Shown here: piece by piece, positions 15,908-25,169 of the stretch
How positions within the stretch are numbered: position 1 is the stretch's first letter
Layout of the letters: each line of letters begins with the position of its first letter
Sequence record: JX560968
Length of the DNA: 64,000 nucleotides
Strand: one strand, 5' to 3'
From: Escherichia phage EC6
Translations under genes and position numbers: made by a program
The notes under the pieces: generated by a model
Databases searched by the model: none
What the model was told of the DNA's origin: nothing
The model's input: the letters and a program-made list of their open reading frames with translations, nothing else

Positions 15908-17533
15908 ATGGCAGATTACAAATTGAGTCAATTAAACTCAATCGACACAATTCGTTCAGAAGACCTATTGCACATCAGAGTTAAGAAAAGACCTGAAATG
16001 TTGGGTGACGAAGACCGTAGAATGACCTATCAAGACTTCTTAGCTTCTTTCAAACTAGAAAGGTTTGTTCAGATTGCTGGGAGCACTATGACGGGGGATT
16101 TAGGTATTGTCAAGTTACTTTACGGTGGTAAGGTAGTATTTGACCCTACAGATTCTTCTGAGATTACTCTTGGGGATATTTTAAAGACTTTTAAAATCAA
16201 CTCAAATGGGCTTAAACTCACTATTGCAGATGCCACAAGGTCAGCAACTGTTTATCATACTTTGAATAAACCAAGTCCTAATGAACTTGGCATGAGAACT
16301 AATGAAGAGAATGATGCAAGATATTCAAGGCTTGCTGTTACAAATAACTTCAGTATTAGGCAAGCAATTGTAACTGATGGTGAGCAGTTAACTCTTAAGA
16401 AGGCAACCAATACAGGTGCTTCATATATTCAAGGTAGAGATGCTAATAACCAGCAAACTTGGTATGTTGGACAGGGAAATGCAAACAGTACTAATGTTTA
16501 TTTGTACAATCATGCTACTGGTGCAATGTTAACCCTTGATGCAACAGCAGCATTTAACAAGTCACTTAGAATCGTTGGTCAAGTTCAACCTTCGGATTTC
16601 TCTAACTTAGATGCTAGATACTTCACTCAGACAGTCGCTAATCAGAGATTTGCACAGTTAGCTGGCAATAATACTTTTACAGGTGCTAATACATTTAATA
16701 ACTATATCAGTGTGAACTCTAATGCTGCTGCTATCGTGCTAAAAAATAAGTCTGCTAATGAGTCTTTGTACATCCTAGCAAAAGATGTTGAAAACAATAA
16801 TCTGTGGTTTATTGGTAAAGGTAGTGCAAATGACAATATCACATTTTATGATTACAAGGGCAATACTTCTATTGTATTAAACTCGTCTGGTGCTGCATTC
16901 AGCAAGACTGTAAAAATCACTGGTCAAGTCCAACCTTCAGATTGGACTAACATTGACTCTAGATATATTCCGGCAGCTACTTTGAGCAATCTTGCTAAAA
17001 TTAATGTAGCTAACACATTTACCTCCCAGCAAATTATCCAAGCAAATGGTGAAGCTATTAGGCTAAAAAACTCTTCTGAGAACTCACCATTGTATATCAG
17101 AGCACAGGACAACACTGGTGCTTATAGGTGGTATGTAGGTAATGGCTCGGGGGGTGATGATGTCACCATCCGCAATCACAAGACAGATTGTGAGGTTATC
17201 CTATCTAGTGTCGTTGCTATTAATAAAACATTAAGCATCACTGGTCAAGTTAAACCCTCAGATTTCTCTAACTTAGATGCTAGATATTACACGCAATCTA
17301 CCGCAAACTCTAGGTATATGCTTGCTTACTCTTCTGGCAGTGGTACAGAGGTGGGTGAGAGTGATGGTATTGTTTGGAATGCTAAAACTGGTCTGTATAA
17401 TGTGTATGATAAATCTGGTGGCGCAACACAGCTAGTCTACCATATGTATCAGGGTGCAAGTTCTACACCATCTGCACAGTTTAAGTTTATCTACAGGAAT
17501 GGTGGTAGTTTTTTACAGGACAGCACGAGATAG
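15908..17533 (+). CDS. tail fiber protein with three internal ~110-aa repeats
   Basis: Each repeat ends ITGQV(Q/K)PSD(F/W)(S/T)N(L/I)D(A/S)RY; near-identical DNA copies at 16576-16620 and 17243-17287. Confidence 0.55.
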   Translation: MADYKLSQLNSIDTIRSEDLLHIRVKKRPEMLGDEDRRMTYQDFLASFKLERFVQIAGSTMTGDLGIVKLLYGGKVVFDPTDSSEITLGDILKTFKINSNGLKLTIADATRSATVYHTLNKPSPNELGMRTNEENDARYSRLAVTNNFSIRQAIVTDGEQLTLKKATNTGASYIQGRDANNQQTWYVGQGNANSTNVYLYNHATGAMLTLDATAAFNKSLRIVGQVQPSDFSNLDARYFTQTVANQRFAQLAGNNTFTGANTFNNYISVNSNAAAIVLKNKSANESLYILAKDVENNNLWFIGKGSANDNITFYDYKGNTSIVLNSSGAAFSKTVKITGQVQPSDWTNIDSRYIPAATLSNLAKINVANTFTSQQIIQANGEAIRLKNSSENSPLYIRAQDNTGAYRWYVGNGSGGDDVTIRNHKTDCEVILSSVVAINKTLSITGQVKPSDFSNLDARYYTQSTANSRYMLAYSSGSGTEVGESDGIVWNAKTGLYNVYDKSGGATQLVYHMYQGASSTPSAQFKFIYRNGGSFLQDSTR

Positions 17534-18278
17534 GTATGGTTTTGAGCAGGCATGGGCTAAAATCTATACAGACCAAGATAAACCAACCCCTTCAGAGATT
17601 GGTGCATACACTAAAGCTGAAACTGACCAGAAGATTGCAGAAGCAATCAGTGACTCTACAGACTTGAATAAAATCTATCCAGTAGGTATTGTAACGTGGT
17701 TTAACAGTAATGTTAACCCTAATACAGCACTTCCTGGTCTAACTTGGACGTACCTGAATAATGGTGTTGGTAGAACTATCAGAATTGCAGCAGCAAATGG
17801 TTCAGATGTTGCTACAACTGGTGGTTCAGACTCTGTAACGTTATCTGTTGGTAACTTACCTTCACATACGCATAGCTTCTCTGCTACCACTTCATCATTT
17901 GATTATGGTACTAAGACTTCTAGTACAACTGGTAACCATAACCATAACAGAGGTACTATGGAAATCTCAGGTGCATTTGGTTGGTTCAGAAGTGACAATA
18001 GTTCATTCTACACTGCGAGTGGAGCATTCGTGATGGGGAGCAGTCAGGCTTCGCATGGCTTCACAGGCTCTAACTTCACTTATGGTGCTCCTGTTGATTT
18101 CCACGCGTCAAGAACTTGGACAGGTGCAACCAACACAACAGGTAACCATAGCCATACTGTAGGTATTGGTGCTCACAGCCACACAGTTAGTGGTAACACA
18201 GGTGGTACTGGTTCTGGTTCAGCATTTAGTGTTACTAACCAGTTCTACAAGTTAATGGCTTGGGTAAGAACTGCTTAA
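17454..18278 (+). CDS. tail fiber C-terminal tip domain (separate ORF, or 3' part of 15908 gene after a +1 frame change at T6 run 17509-17514)
   Basis: HxH boxes (SHTHSFSATT, NHNHNRGT, NHSHTVGIGAHSHTVSG) and C-terminus ...AFSVTNQFYKLMAWVRTA paralogous to tip of 14686..15861; no convincing own RBS/start. Confidence 0.45.
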   Translation: MQVLHHLHSLSLSTGMVVVFYRTARDRYGFEQAWAKIYTDQDKPTPSEIGAYTKAETDQKIAEAISDSTDLNKIYPVGIVTWFNSNVNPNTALPGLTWTYLNNGVGRTIRIAAANGSDVATTGGSDSVTLSVGNLPSHTHSFSATTSSFDYGTKTSSTTGNHNHNRGTMEISGAFGWFRSDNSSFYTASGAFVMGSSQASHGFTGSNFTYGAPVDFHASRTWTGATNTTGNHSHTVGIGAHSHTVSGNTGGTGSGSAFSVTNQFYKLMAWVRTA

Positions 18279-18357
18279 TCCCTTGTTGACTGATTGTTAA
18301 GATGGTGTTAATATTCTTTATGGGTATTCTCACCATCTTGGCTGATGAGGTGATTAA

Positions 18358-18555
18358 ATGCCTACAATCCTAGCAATTCTTCTAAAAAATCTAGGTAGCT
18401 TCTTCTGGAAACTCATTTTATCCCTTCTAAGTGAATACATGATTGAGAAAGTGTTCTTTAGACTTGCAAGATACCTTGCGAGTAAAACAGACACACCTAT
18501 TGATGATGAGTTCGTAGATAACTTAGAAAAAGCTTTTAAGGGGGAGAATAAATGA
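18358..18555 (+). CDS. small hydrophobic protein (possible holin-class or fiber-associated)
   Basis: 65 aa, hydrophobic N-terminus, charged C-terminus. Confidence 0.25.
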   Translation: MPTILAILLKNLGSFFWKLILSLLSEYMIEKVFFRLARYLASKTDTPIDDEFVDNLEKAFKGENK

Positions 18556-18923
18556 AGTGGCTAGAGGAAGCTTTTAAAAATAATATTGGTGCAATTGTAG
18601 TTGGTATTTTTAGTGTTATTGGGATGTATACCACCATGCAAGTTTCGGATGGTAAACAAGAAGTGTCTATCACAACAAAGTTACAGCAGTTAGATAATTA
18701 TTCCAAAAGTAATTATTCAGCTATTCGTGATTTACAGTCTGATATGAGGCTGCTTCAGCTAGGGATGGAGAACCAGAAAGTCCAGTTAGAGAATGTTAAG
18801 GGTGAGAACGCAAAACTTACTAAGACTCTTGATAAATTCTCTGATAGTGTAAACAATCTGGCTCAATCAGTATCAGCCCTCCAAGCTATTACTGAAAAGA
18901 ACACAAAGAATACTGAAAAGTAA
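18552..18923 (+). CDS. membrane-anchored coiled-coil protein
   Basis: 123 aa, one N-terminal TM segment (IGAIVVGIFSVIGMY) then coiled coil. Confidence 0.25.
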   Translation: MKWLEEAFKNNIGAIVVGIFSVIGMYTTMQVSDGKQEVSITTKLQQLDNYSKSNYSAIRDLQSDMRLLQLGMENQKVQLENVKGENAKLTKTLDKFSDSVNNLAQSVSALQAITEKNTKNTEK

Positions 18924-18928
18924 AGTTT

Positions 18929-18960
18929 AAGGCTCCTTTTTACGGGAGCCTTTTTGTTTT
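18929..18960. terminator. terminator hairpin at convergence of plus and minus transcription units
   Basis: GGCTCC-TTTTTAC-GGGAGCC hairpin followed by TTTTTGTTTT; next genes are on minus strand. Confidence 0.55.
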
Positions 18961-19858
18961 ATTTACCTACTGACAAAGGTGCTTCAATCTTTCCTGCATG
19001 TTGATAGTTGCTAATACCACCAATAAAGTCACTTGCAGTGAGATGTTTTAAGTCACTTAAAGTGTTAAGTGGGATACCAATCTCAAAAGTTGGTGCATGG
19101 AACTCTTCATTGTTCATCAGTTCATAAACCTGCTTCATGTGGTTCTGATAAATCTGAGTATCTCCAAAGACACCTATCAAATATCGTGGAGTGTATCCAG
19201 TCATCTTACAAAGAACTTCCAGAATAAAACCATAAGATGCAATATTAAACGGAAGTCCTAAAAAGGTGTCTACAGAACGCTGATACCATTGTAAGTCAAC
19301 TTCACCCTCGTTAGTGATATAAATCTGAAACAGAACATGACAAGGTGCTAGAGCCATTGAGTTTGCTGCAATATCTGCTGCATTCCAAGCATTAACAAGC
19401 ATGTAACGGTCTGTGATATCACCCTTCATCTTCGTTACTAAGGTCTCTAACTGGTCTACAACACAACCATTATGACCTTCAAAGTTTCTCCACTGAACTC
19501 CATAGATTCTTCCACCTGCATCTTCTAACCAATCTTGTTCAGAAGAATAATTAGAGCTTAACCAACGTTTAAAATCATCTGACCAGATAGTCCAGCGTTC
19601 CCCATCATTTTCACTCCAAGTACGATAACGGAGTTCACCCAGTTTATTCTCACCGTTCAGGAACCATAAAGCTTCCCCAATAACTTGCCGTGTAAACACC
19701 TGCTTAGATGTTAAGAGCGGGAAACCAGTTCGCATATCAAAACGAAACTGAGGTGGAGCAAATGCAGAGATAACATCTCCAGTTCGTGTAGTACGTAGTT
19801 CACCAACTGATAAAACATGGTTCAGGATATTTTTGTAACTTGAATCTGCTTGTGACAT
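18959..19858 (-). CDS. thyA: thymidylate synthase
   Basis: 299 aa; ThyA signatures incl. ...LAPCHVLFQIY... (active-site Cys), FPLLT, IWSDD. Confidence 0.85.
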   Translation of the reverse strand: MSQADSSYKNILNHVLSVGELRTTRTGDVISAFAPPQFRFDMRTGFPLLTSKQVFTRQVIGEALWFLNGENKLGELRYRTWSENDGERWTIWSDDFKRWLSSNYSSEQDWLEDAGGRIYGVQWRNFEGHNGCVVDQLETLVTKMKGDITDRYMLVNAWNAADIAANSMALAPCHVLFQIYITNEGEVDLQWYQRSVDTFLGLPFNIASYGFILEVLCKMTGYTPRYLIGVFGDTQIYQNHMKQVYELMNNEEFHAPTFEIGIPLNTLSDLKHLTASDFIGGISNYQHAGKIEAPLSVGK

Positions 19859-19859
19859 A

Positions 19860-20405
19860 TCAAAAGTGTCCTTTTACTTGTGGAACATAAATTTCAAAGG
19901 TTGCTTTACCATCCTCTGATGGTTTTGACTGTACCTTTGTAAATACACGACCATCATACAACTTCTCGAAGAAGTTTTCAAAAGGTAAATGCACAGTGAC
20001 CTCTTCAGTAACTTTATGAAAGACTGTATGGAACACTACATCAGCATACGGTAAAGCATTGACAAGGACACCTGCACCACCAATTACAAAGACATCTTCA
20101 TCAATAGAGCTATCAAGATACTTCAAAAATGCTCCAAATGACTCTTTACTGGCTTTAGCATACATTACACCATCTTTGCCAAAGTCTATGCCTAAGTATG
20201 GTACAGAGTTTGTTAAGATGAGGTTTGCACGTTCTGGTAAAGGTTTACTACCCAGAGTCTTAAAAGTCTCATTACCCATTACCACTAAGTTGTTTTTAGT
20301 GAGTCTCTTAAACTCTTGCATGTCCTGTTTATGTCGAGGCCACGGCATACCAGTTGGAGTACCAAACTCACCATTTTCACCACTTGCAAAGATTAATTTA
20401 ATCAT
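19860..20405 (-). CDS. frd: dihydrofolate reductase
   Basis: 181 aa; MIKLIFASGENGEFG...MPWP, VVMGNETF, LPERANLILT motifs; adjacent to thyA. Confidence 0.8.
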   Translation of the reverse strand: MIKLIFASGENGEFGTPTGMPWPRHKQDMQEFKRLTKNNLVVMGNETFKTLGSKPLPERANLILTNSVPYLGIDFGKDGVMYAKASKESFGAFLKYLDSSIDEDVFVIGGAGVLVNALPYADVVFHTVFHKVTEEVTVHLPFENFFEKLYDGRVFTKVQSKPSEDGKATFEIYVPQVKGHF

Positions 20406-20662
20406 TTTGTAAACCCTCTCTTAATGAACCAGTTGATAACAGTCTTCACAGCTTTATTACTATGGTAGATTAAGTGTGGTGTAGGTTGGTATGAACCATA
20501 AGCCCAGAAAGCAATGATTTCACTACACCCTGTACACCTTGTACTCTCTTCAGCAATATGACCGTTGACTATCTCACTCACCTCACCTTGCAAGTCTGTA
20601 CACCCACAATGTGGACAACGTATAGGTGTTCCATCAGACTCATAGCAGTGTTCAATTTTCAT
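20402..20662 (-). CDS. small zinc-ribbon protein
   Basis: CPHCGC...CTGC cysteine pairs. Confidence 0.3.
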   Translation of the reverse strand: MKIEHCYESDGTPIRCPHCGCTDLQGEVSEIVNGHIAEESTRCTGCSEIIAFWAYGSYQPTPHLIYHSNKAVKTVINWFIKRGFTK

Positions 20663-21178
20663 TTATTTAACCTCAAAAACTGGCTCAAGAGCCAATATAA
20701 AGTCTACACAGTCATCTTCTTCATCCAGAATACCATCAAAGTTTTTAGGAACGAAGTCGAAGAGGCTCATAACAAAACAGTCAGAAGTAACCCTAATAGT
20801 TCCTCCCATATTCTCTACAGTCAACACTGTACGACTTTCTTTTACCTCTCGCAGAAGATTGCTCACAAAGTCATCTAAGAAGTACTTCATCAGTGACTTA
20901 AAACCTTTAGGGTAATCTGTACCAGAGTATGTTTCAATCTGAGGTACAAGCTTAACATTTATACTAGTCTTTGTTAAGAACGTGCTAGAGAACATGCTAT
21001 CAGGTAATTTACAAACAATCTTTCCAGTGCCTTCATGCTCAATCTCAACAAAACCAGCTTCATCGCCACACGTAACTATTTTAAAAGATGCTTCATTCTC
21101 ATACTGTGAAGCCATAAACTTTTTAAGCATTTCTTTAAGGAAATCTGCATGAGCATCTTGTAAGTAGATATCAATCAT
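20663..21178 (-). CDS. hypothetical protein
   Basis: 171-aa ORF co-oriented in minus-strand block. Confidence 0.3.
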   Translation of the reverse strand: MIDIYLQDAHADFLKEMLKKFMASQYENEASFKIVTCGDEAGFVEIEHEGTGKIVCKLPDSMFSSTFLTKTSINVKLVPQIETYSGTDYPKGFKSLMKYFLDDFVSNLLREVKESRTVLTVENMGGTIRVTSDCFVMSLFDFVPKNFDGILDEEDDCVDFILALEPVFEVK

Positions 21179-21191
21179 AATTCATCACCTA

Positions 21192-21551
21192 TTATGGGAA
21201 CAGACACTTAATGTCATCGTTTTTGAAAACGAAGCTTGTGTAGTTGTGACCGTCAACATCCAGCCAAACAGCCTGAACATCTACACCATCAAGATTGTGG
21301 TAAAGCTCTTTGATGAAGAGGTCTTTCACAATCTGGCTGCTAGTTGTTTCCAGCTTAATGTTTGAGATTGCTGAACCTACAGCCATATAACCCATTACAC
21401 GTTTCTTCTCAGTATTCTTAATCTTACCATCTTTGTAAGTCATAATGAGATTGGAAAGAATCTTCACACCATAATACTTCTCAAGGTGAGTAGGTGCACC
21501 ATAAAAGCCTAATGCGAAGTTTTCAGAGTGGATAATGTTTTCACGTTTCAT
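21192..21551 (-). CDS. hypothetical protein
   Basis: 119-aa ORF. Confidence 0.3.
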   Translation of the reverse strand: MKRENIIHSENFALGFYGAPTHLEKYYGVKILSNLIMTYKDGKIKNTEKKRVMGYMAVGSAISNIKLETTSSQIVKDLFIKELYHNLDGVDVQAVWLDVDGHNYTSFVFKNDDIKCLFP

Positions 21552-21552
21552 A

Positions 21553-21882
21553 TTAATCTGCCAACCTTAAGTTAAAATTAACACCAAATTTTTCGCATAC
21601 TTCCAACATAAACTCAAGAGAGACATTACCAGTGAGATTGATTATGTTGGATACACGAGCCTGAGAGATACCACAAATTTTAGCAACTTGCTCTTGAGAA
21701 AGACCTCTGGATTTAATCTCTCTCTTAAAACGATGTGCAACGAAATCTCTCATTTCGTCTACATCCATTGGACAAATATAACTCTCCATTTCAGCTTCTC
21801 TGTCAGCCTCCCAATCATCTTGTGGAGCATAAGGGTCAAAAACCTCATTCATCTTTCTTCTTCCGTTTGCGTGAAGTGTCAA
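21553..21882 (-). CDS. helix-turn-helix DNA-binding protein (putative regulator)
   Basis: LSQEQVAKICGISQARVSNII resembles XRE-type HTH. Confidence 0.4.
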   Translation of the reverse strand: MTLHANGRRKMNEVFDPYAPQDDWEADREAEMESYICPMDVDEMRDFVAHRFKREIKSRGLSQEQVAKICGISQARVSNIINLTGNVSLEFMLEVCEKFGVNFNLRLAD

Positions 21883-22057
21883 TCAATGAATCTATGCTTG
21901 TAGCCCTAACCTTTTCACGTTCATCGTTAAGATAATCATCAAGAGCCTTTTCAATCTGTGAATCATCTTGGCAGATAACTGTAAAGACTGTAAAGCCGTC
22001 TGTATCATCAATTATCTTACCATAACCGCTTCTGGGATGTAACTTTTTAAGAGCCAT
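21845..22057 (-). CDS. hypothetical protein
   Basis: 70-aa ORF, overlapping neighbours. Confidence 0.25.
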   Translation of the reverse strand: MALKKLHPRSGYGKIIDDTDGFTVFTVICQDDSQIEKALDDYLNDEREKVRATSIDSLIDTSRKRKKKDE

Positions 22058-22058
22058 A

Positions 22059-22442
22059 TCAAATACCTGTGCAGCTTCTGTTTTCTAAGAAATACTCAAC
22101 GCCATACATAGCTTTTTGCATCAAATCTTCTTTAAACTGGATGCGATGATTGAGCATAGCCTGTACATCAATATCATCATGGTGCTTCTCTTTAATATTT
22201 GCAGATTGCAGGAAATACTCTGCAAGAACACGATACTGATAGTCAGTCACCTTATCAGTCATCTCTGTCAAAGACTCTTCAGAGATTGGTTTAAGTAACT
22301 CACCATTAGCTAAAGCAACACCTTTAACAATCTGGCAAGTGTCTTCTGGAACACCTGATAAGTCCACATTTGGGAGTTCTGTTGCATTGACTGGTAAATT
22401 CATTGCCATAACCATTGCAGCAGCTAATAAAATCTTTTTCAT
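22059..22442 (-). CDS. secreted/periplasmic protein with signal peptide
   Basis: N-terminus MKKILLAAAMVMAMNLPVNA-TE; GAGGT RBS. Confidence 0.4.
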   Translation of the reverse strand: MKKILLAAAMVMAMNLPVNATELPNVDLSGVPEDTCQIVKGVALANGELLKPISEESLTEMTDKVTDYQYRVLAEYFLQSANIKEKHHDDIDVQAMLNHRIQFKEDLMQKAMYGVEYFLENRSCTGI

Positions 22443-22487
22443 AATGACCTCAAAGCTATATTAAATTTTGTATTACGTTGAGTATAA

Positions 22488-22534
22488 AAATAAGCTATAA
22501 CACCTGACTTGTCAACAGATTTTATAGCTTATTT
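22488..22534. repeat. 13-bp perfect inverted repeat (AAATAAGCTATAA / TTATAGCTTATTT) flanking a minus-strand TTGACA element
   Basis: Arms at 22488-22500 and 22522-22534; loop contains TGTCAA (TTGACA on minus strand). Confidence 0.5.
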
Positions 22535-22680
22535 GGCAGATTTTTTATAAGGCTACTGCCATCCTTCCATACCTTACACTACAAGACCCAACAGCACCGA
22601 GCCACACACTACCTCACTTAAAAACCCTCTTAGAAGACTCTTAAGTGATGCTGGTGAGTACCCGTTGGTTTATGCTGCTC

Positions 22681-22708
22681 AGTATACTCACCAAATTATC
22701 TATGTCAA
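22681..22708 (-). promoter_or_regulatory. sigma70-like promoter (TTGACA-N16-TATACT) on minus strand
   Basis: Minus-strand TTGACA at 22708-22703 and TATACT at 22686-22681, just downstream of ligase stop. Confidence 0.35.
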
Positions 22709-22715
22709 CAACTTT

Positions 22716-23855
22716 TTATTCATAATCCCTAATAACTAGCCCAACAGGGAACTGTAAAGAACCCTTACGAGTCATCTTCTGGAACTGAACCGTTAGAGGT
22801 TTCCCGATAAACTCTTCAGGATGCTCAGCAAGATACTGTTTCTTCTCATGAGTAGTCTTCCATGAGACATCTACAAAGACGTTAGGAAGAGTCTCTACAA
22901 CGAACTTGCCATGACCACGCTTATCAGTCTTTACACCAGTCACTTTAAACTCTTCAGTGTGCATCTTCTTGTGCTTAATCAAGAAGTATGAACGGTGACA
23001 ACACTCATAGAAGGAGTCTTCAGAGATTGAACGGTACATTGCACCTTCAAACTTAGCTTCAACCCACTTATCATGAGCTTCATCAAACTCTTCCCAAGAA
23101 TTTACACGACGAGACTTAACAGGAACAACTTTACAGCCGTCTCTGAAGTCATTCAATGGTGAAGTCTCAATGATATCTCTACGCTCAGGCCACGTCTTAG
23201 TACTATCACAGATATCGTACCAGTAAAACTTGAGTAGGTGTCGGTCAGGATTGTCTTCATTTTTAATCATAGAGACAATATCTTCTAAGTCCCACCCATG
23301 AGCATAAATCTCACCATCAAACTCATCAACATCTTTGTGGAGCCTTAACATTGCCATAATGTCAGGTATTAGTTCAGTAGGGATTTTGTAAACAGTATTC
23401 TCACGAGAGTATGCTGTAAATACACTGCCAATGCTCAAGTTCCTTGAAATCCTACAACGTACACCATCAAGTTTCGGTTGAGCATCAGCAGGGAACTTCA
23501 GATACTTTGTATGGCTAACCTTTGCAGCATCATGAGCAAGCTGTACACCTACCTTCTCAGTATTCTGTGCAGACTCTTTTGTGTAAGCATAACCTTTGCG
23601 GTCAACCTGCTTTTTATACTTTGCAGCAACTTCAAAGAGAGCTTGCTGTTCAGCGTTACGCTCATTCTTTTTACCAATGTTTTTAGGTTCTGCTGTATAC
23701 TCTTCAAACATCATCTTGCCATTTTCTTTACCGTAGGTTGTAATAACTTTGTCACCTACAGCAACGCATGACCAGACGTTGAAAGAGCCATCTTTATTTT
23801 GTTTGTACAGTATTGTCATTTTATTCCTCTGAGTGATACCAAGTATTGCAAGCAT
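22716..23855 (-). CDS. ATP-dependent DNA ligase (nucleotidyltransferase family)
   Basis: KLDGVRC (motif I KxDGxR), DGEIYAHG (motif III-like), EGAMYRS, LIKHKK (motif V-like); true start may be the downstream Met. Confidence 0.6.
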   Translation of the reverse strand: MLAILGITQRNKMTILYKQNKDGSFNVWSCVAVGDKVITTYGKENGKMMFEEYTAEPKNIGKKNERNAEQQALFEVAAKYKKQVDRKGYAYTKESAQNTEKVGVQLAHDAAKVSHTKYLKFPADAQPKLDGVRCRISRNLSIGSVFTAYSRENTVYKIPTELIPDIMAMLRLHKDVDEFDGEIYAHGWDLEDIVSMIKNEDNPDRHLLKFYWYDICDSTKTWPERRDIIETSPLNDFRDGCKVVPVKSRRVNSWEEFDEAHDKWVEAKFEGAMYRSISEDSFYECCHRSYFLIKHKKMHTEEFKVTGVKTDKRGHGKFVVETLPNVFVDVSWKTTHEKKQYLAEHPEEFIGKPLTVQFQKMTRKGSLQFPVGLVIRDYE

Positions 23856-24012
23856 TACATGCGTAAAGCTCTAAGTCATTTTTATCTGGTTTATGGAAAC
23901 AGTTTGCTCCGCAGTGGCAACGAAACGGCTTTCCACCAACTGTCAGGATGAAGGATTGAACCTTTCCATCAGGAGTTCGTACAGCATTTTTATGCTTATC
24001 TTCTTTGTTCAT
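23821..24012 (-). CDS. small zinc-ribbon protein, paralog A
   Basis: FRCHCGANCFHKPD...YACNACN; paralogous to 24337..24540. Confidence 0.35.
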   Translation of the reverse strand: MNKEDKHKNAVRTPDGKVQSFILTVGGKPFRCHCGANCFHKPDKNDLELYACNACNTWYHSEE

Positions 24013-24091
24013 TTATCTCTTGCCTCACAAGCTATGCAGCCTTTTGAGTAGAAGGAGTGCCAAGCGTGTACACCAAAGTCTTCTTTGATAA

Positions 24092-24340
24092 TTAAATTGA
24101 ATTTATAGCTTCCATGTGTTTTTCGTAGAAATCTAAACATTTTTCATCTTGCTCCTTTATGTAACTATCATAAAATTCAGGTGATTCTGGTCTTTCGCCA
24201 AAAGAAATAACCTTCAGGTAGTACTTCCCATATGTGGAGTTATCTAACCAAGAGTCAAATAGTAATTTCTTAGTATTAGTCTTTGGAGGGATTACCAAGC
24301 TTTTCTCATACAATTCCTTCATCTCTTGAGTTATCTTCAT
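24092..24340 (-). CDS. hypothetical protein
   Basis: 82-aa ORF between the two paralogs. Confidence 0.3.
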   Translation of the reverse strand: MKITQEMKELYEKSLVIPPKTNTKKLLFDSWLDNSTYGKYYLKVISFGERPESPEFYDSYIKEQDEKCLDFYEKHMEAINSI

Positions 24341-24540
24341 TGCATATCCTTAATCTTACCTAAGAACCTTACACCACAACTATTACACTCGTATATGTCT
24401 AAATTTGTGTTATCAGGTTTATGGAAACAGTTTGACCCACAACGACACCGGAATAGTTTACCATCAACACGGAGAATGAATGTTTCAAGCTCACCATCTT
24501 CTGTAAGAACTGCATTCTTAAATTTATCTTCTACAGTCAT
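24337..24540 (-). CDS. small zinc-ribbon protein, paralog B
   Basis: FRCRCGSNCFHKPD...YECNSCG; shares (E)DK.KNAV...FIL.V.GK.FRC.CG.NCFHKPD with 23821..24012. Confidence 0.35.
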   Translation of the reverse strand: MTVEDKFKNAVLTEDGELETFILRVDGKLFRCRCGSNCFHKPDNTNLDIYECNSCGVRFLGKIKDMQ

Positions 24541-24743
24541 TTTCTCTTACCACCAATCTCTACGTCGATAACTTGAACATCACCAGCAACATCAAACTTA
24601 TGAATGATGCTTCCCACAGTGTAAGTCCAACCCTCTATGCGAACCAACTCACCTTCTCGTGGGACGATTGGATTACGTTGAGCTACGGTTGTAGTGGAGT
24701 GAACAACATCATAACAATAGATATAGTTTACTAGGACTTCCAT
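24537..24743 (-). CDS. hypothetical protein
   Basis: 68-aa ORF. Confidence 0.3.
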   Translation of the reverse strand: MEVLVNYIYCYDVVHSTTTVAQRNPIVPREGELVRIEGWTYTVGSIIHKFDVAGDVQVIDVEIGGKRK

Positions 24744-24752
24744 ATCTTCACC

Positions 24753-25007
24753 TTAAAAGAATAAGTCAGATGCTTTTGGGTTGATTAAACTCATGCAGTT
24801 TTGAAGCATGGCTTCATTGTATCCATCTTGGCAAACTGCGTAGAGTTTATCGAAAGTTTCTTTTGATACGGGGGAGACTGATAACTCTTGGCATACACTA
24901 AGATACCATTCGTAATCTAAGCCTCTGCTCCAAGCGTCAGCGATTATGGCTGTAGCTTTGTCTTTGCTTCTGATAACTTCATCAGACTTTCCAATTTTAC
25001 TGTTCAC
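24753..25007 (-). CDS. hypothetical protein
   Basis: 84-aa ORF. Confidence 0.3.
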   Translation of the reverse strand: MNSKIGKSDEVIRSKDKATAIIADAWSRGLDYEWYLSVCQELSVSPVSKETFDKLYAVCQDGYNEAMLQNCMSLINPKASDLFF

Positions 25008-25169
25008 GATGTTCTACCTCTCTGTACGTTCGTCGATAGTTTATAATAAGCTGTGCTAACTCGTTACTTTTAACATCTGAACGTAGCAGTTGCCAATCAA
25101 AACCTTTACCGACTCTCCCATATAAACTAAATAATTTTACTTTGCGTTTCATTTTGATGTTTCCAATAC

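Noticed and set aside
16576-17287. Near-identical DNA repeats in the tail fiber gene considered as diversity-generating retroelement template/variable repeats
   Set aside because: No reverse transcriptase gene in the window; the repeats are in-frame tandem domain duplications within one ORF
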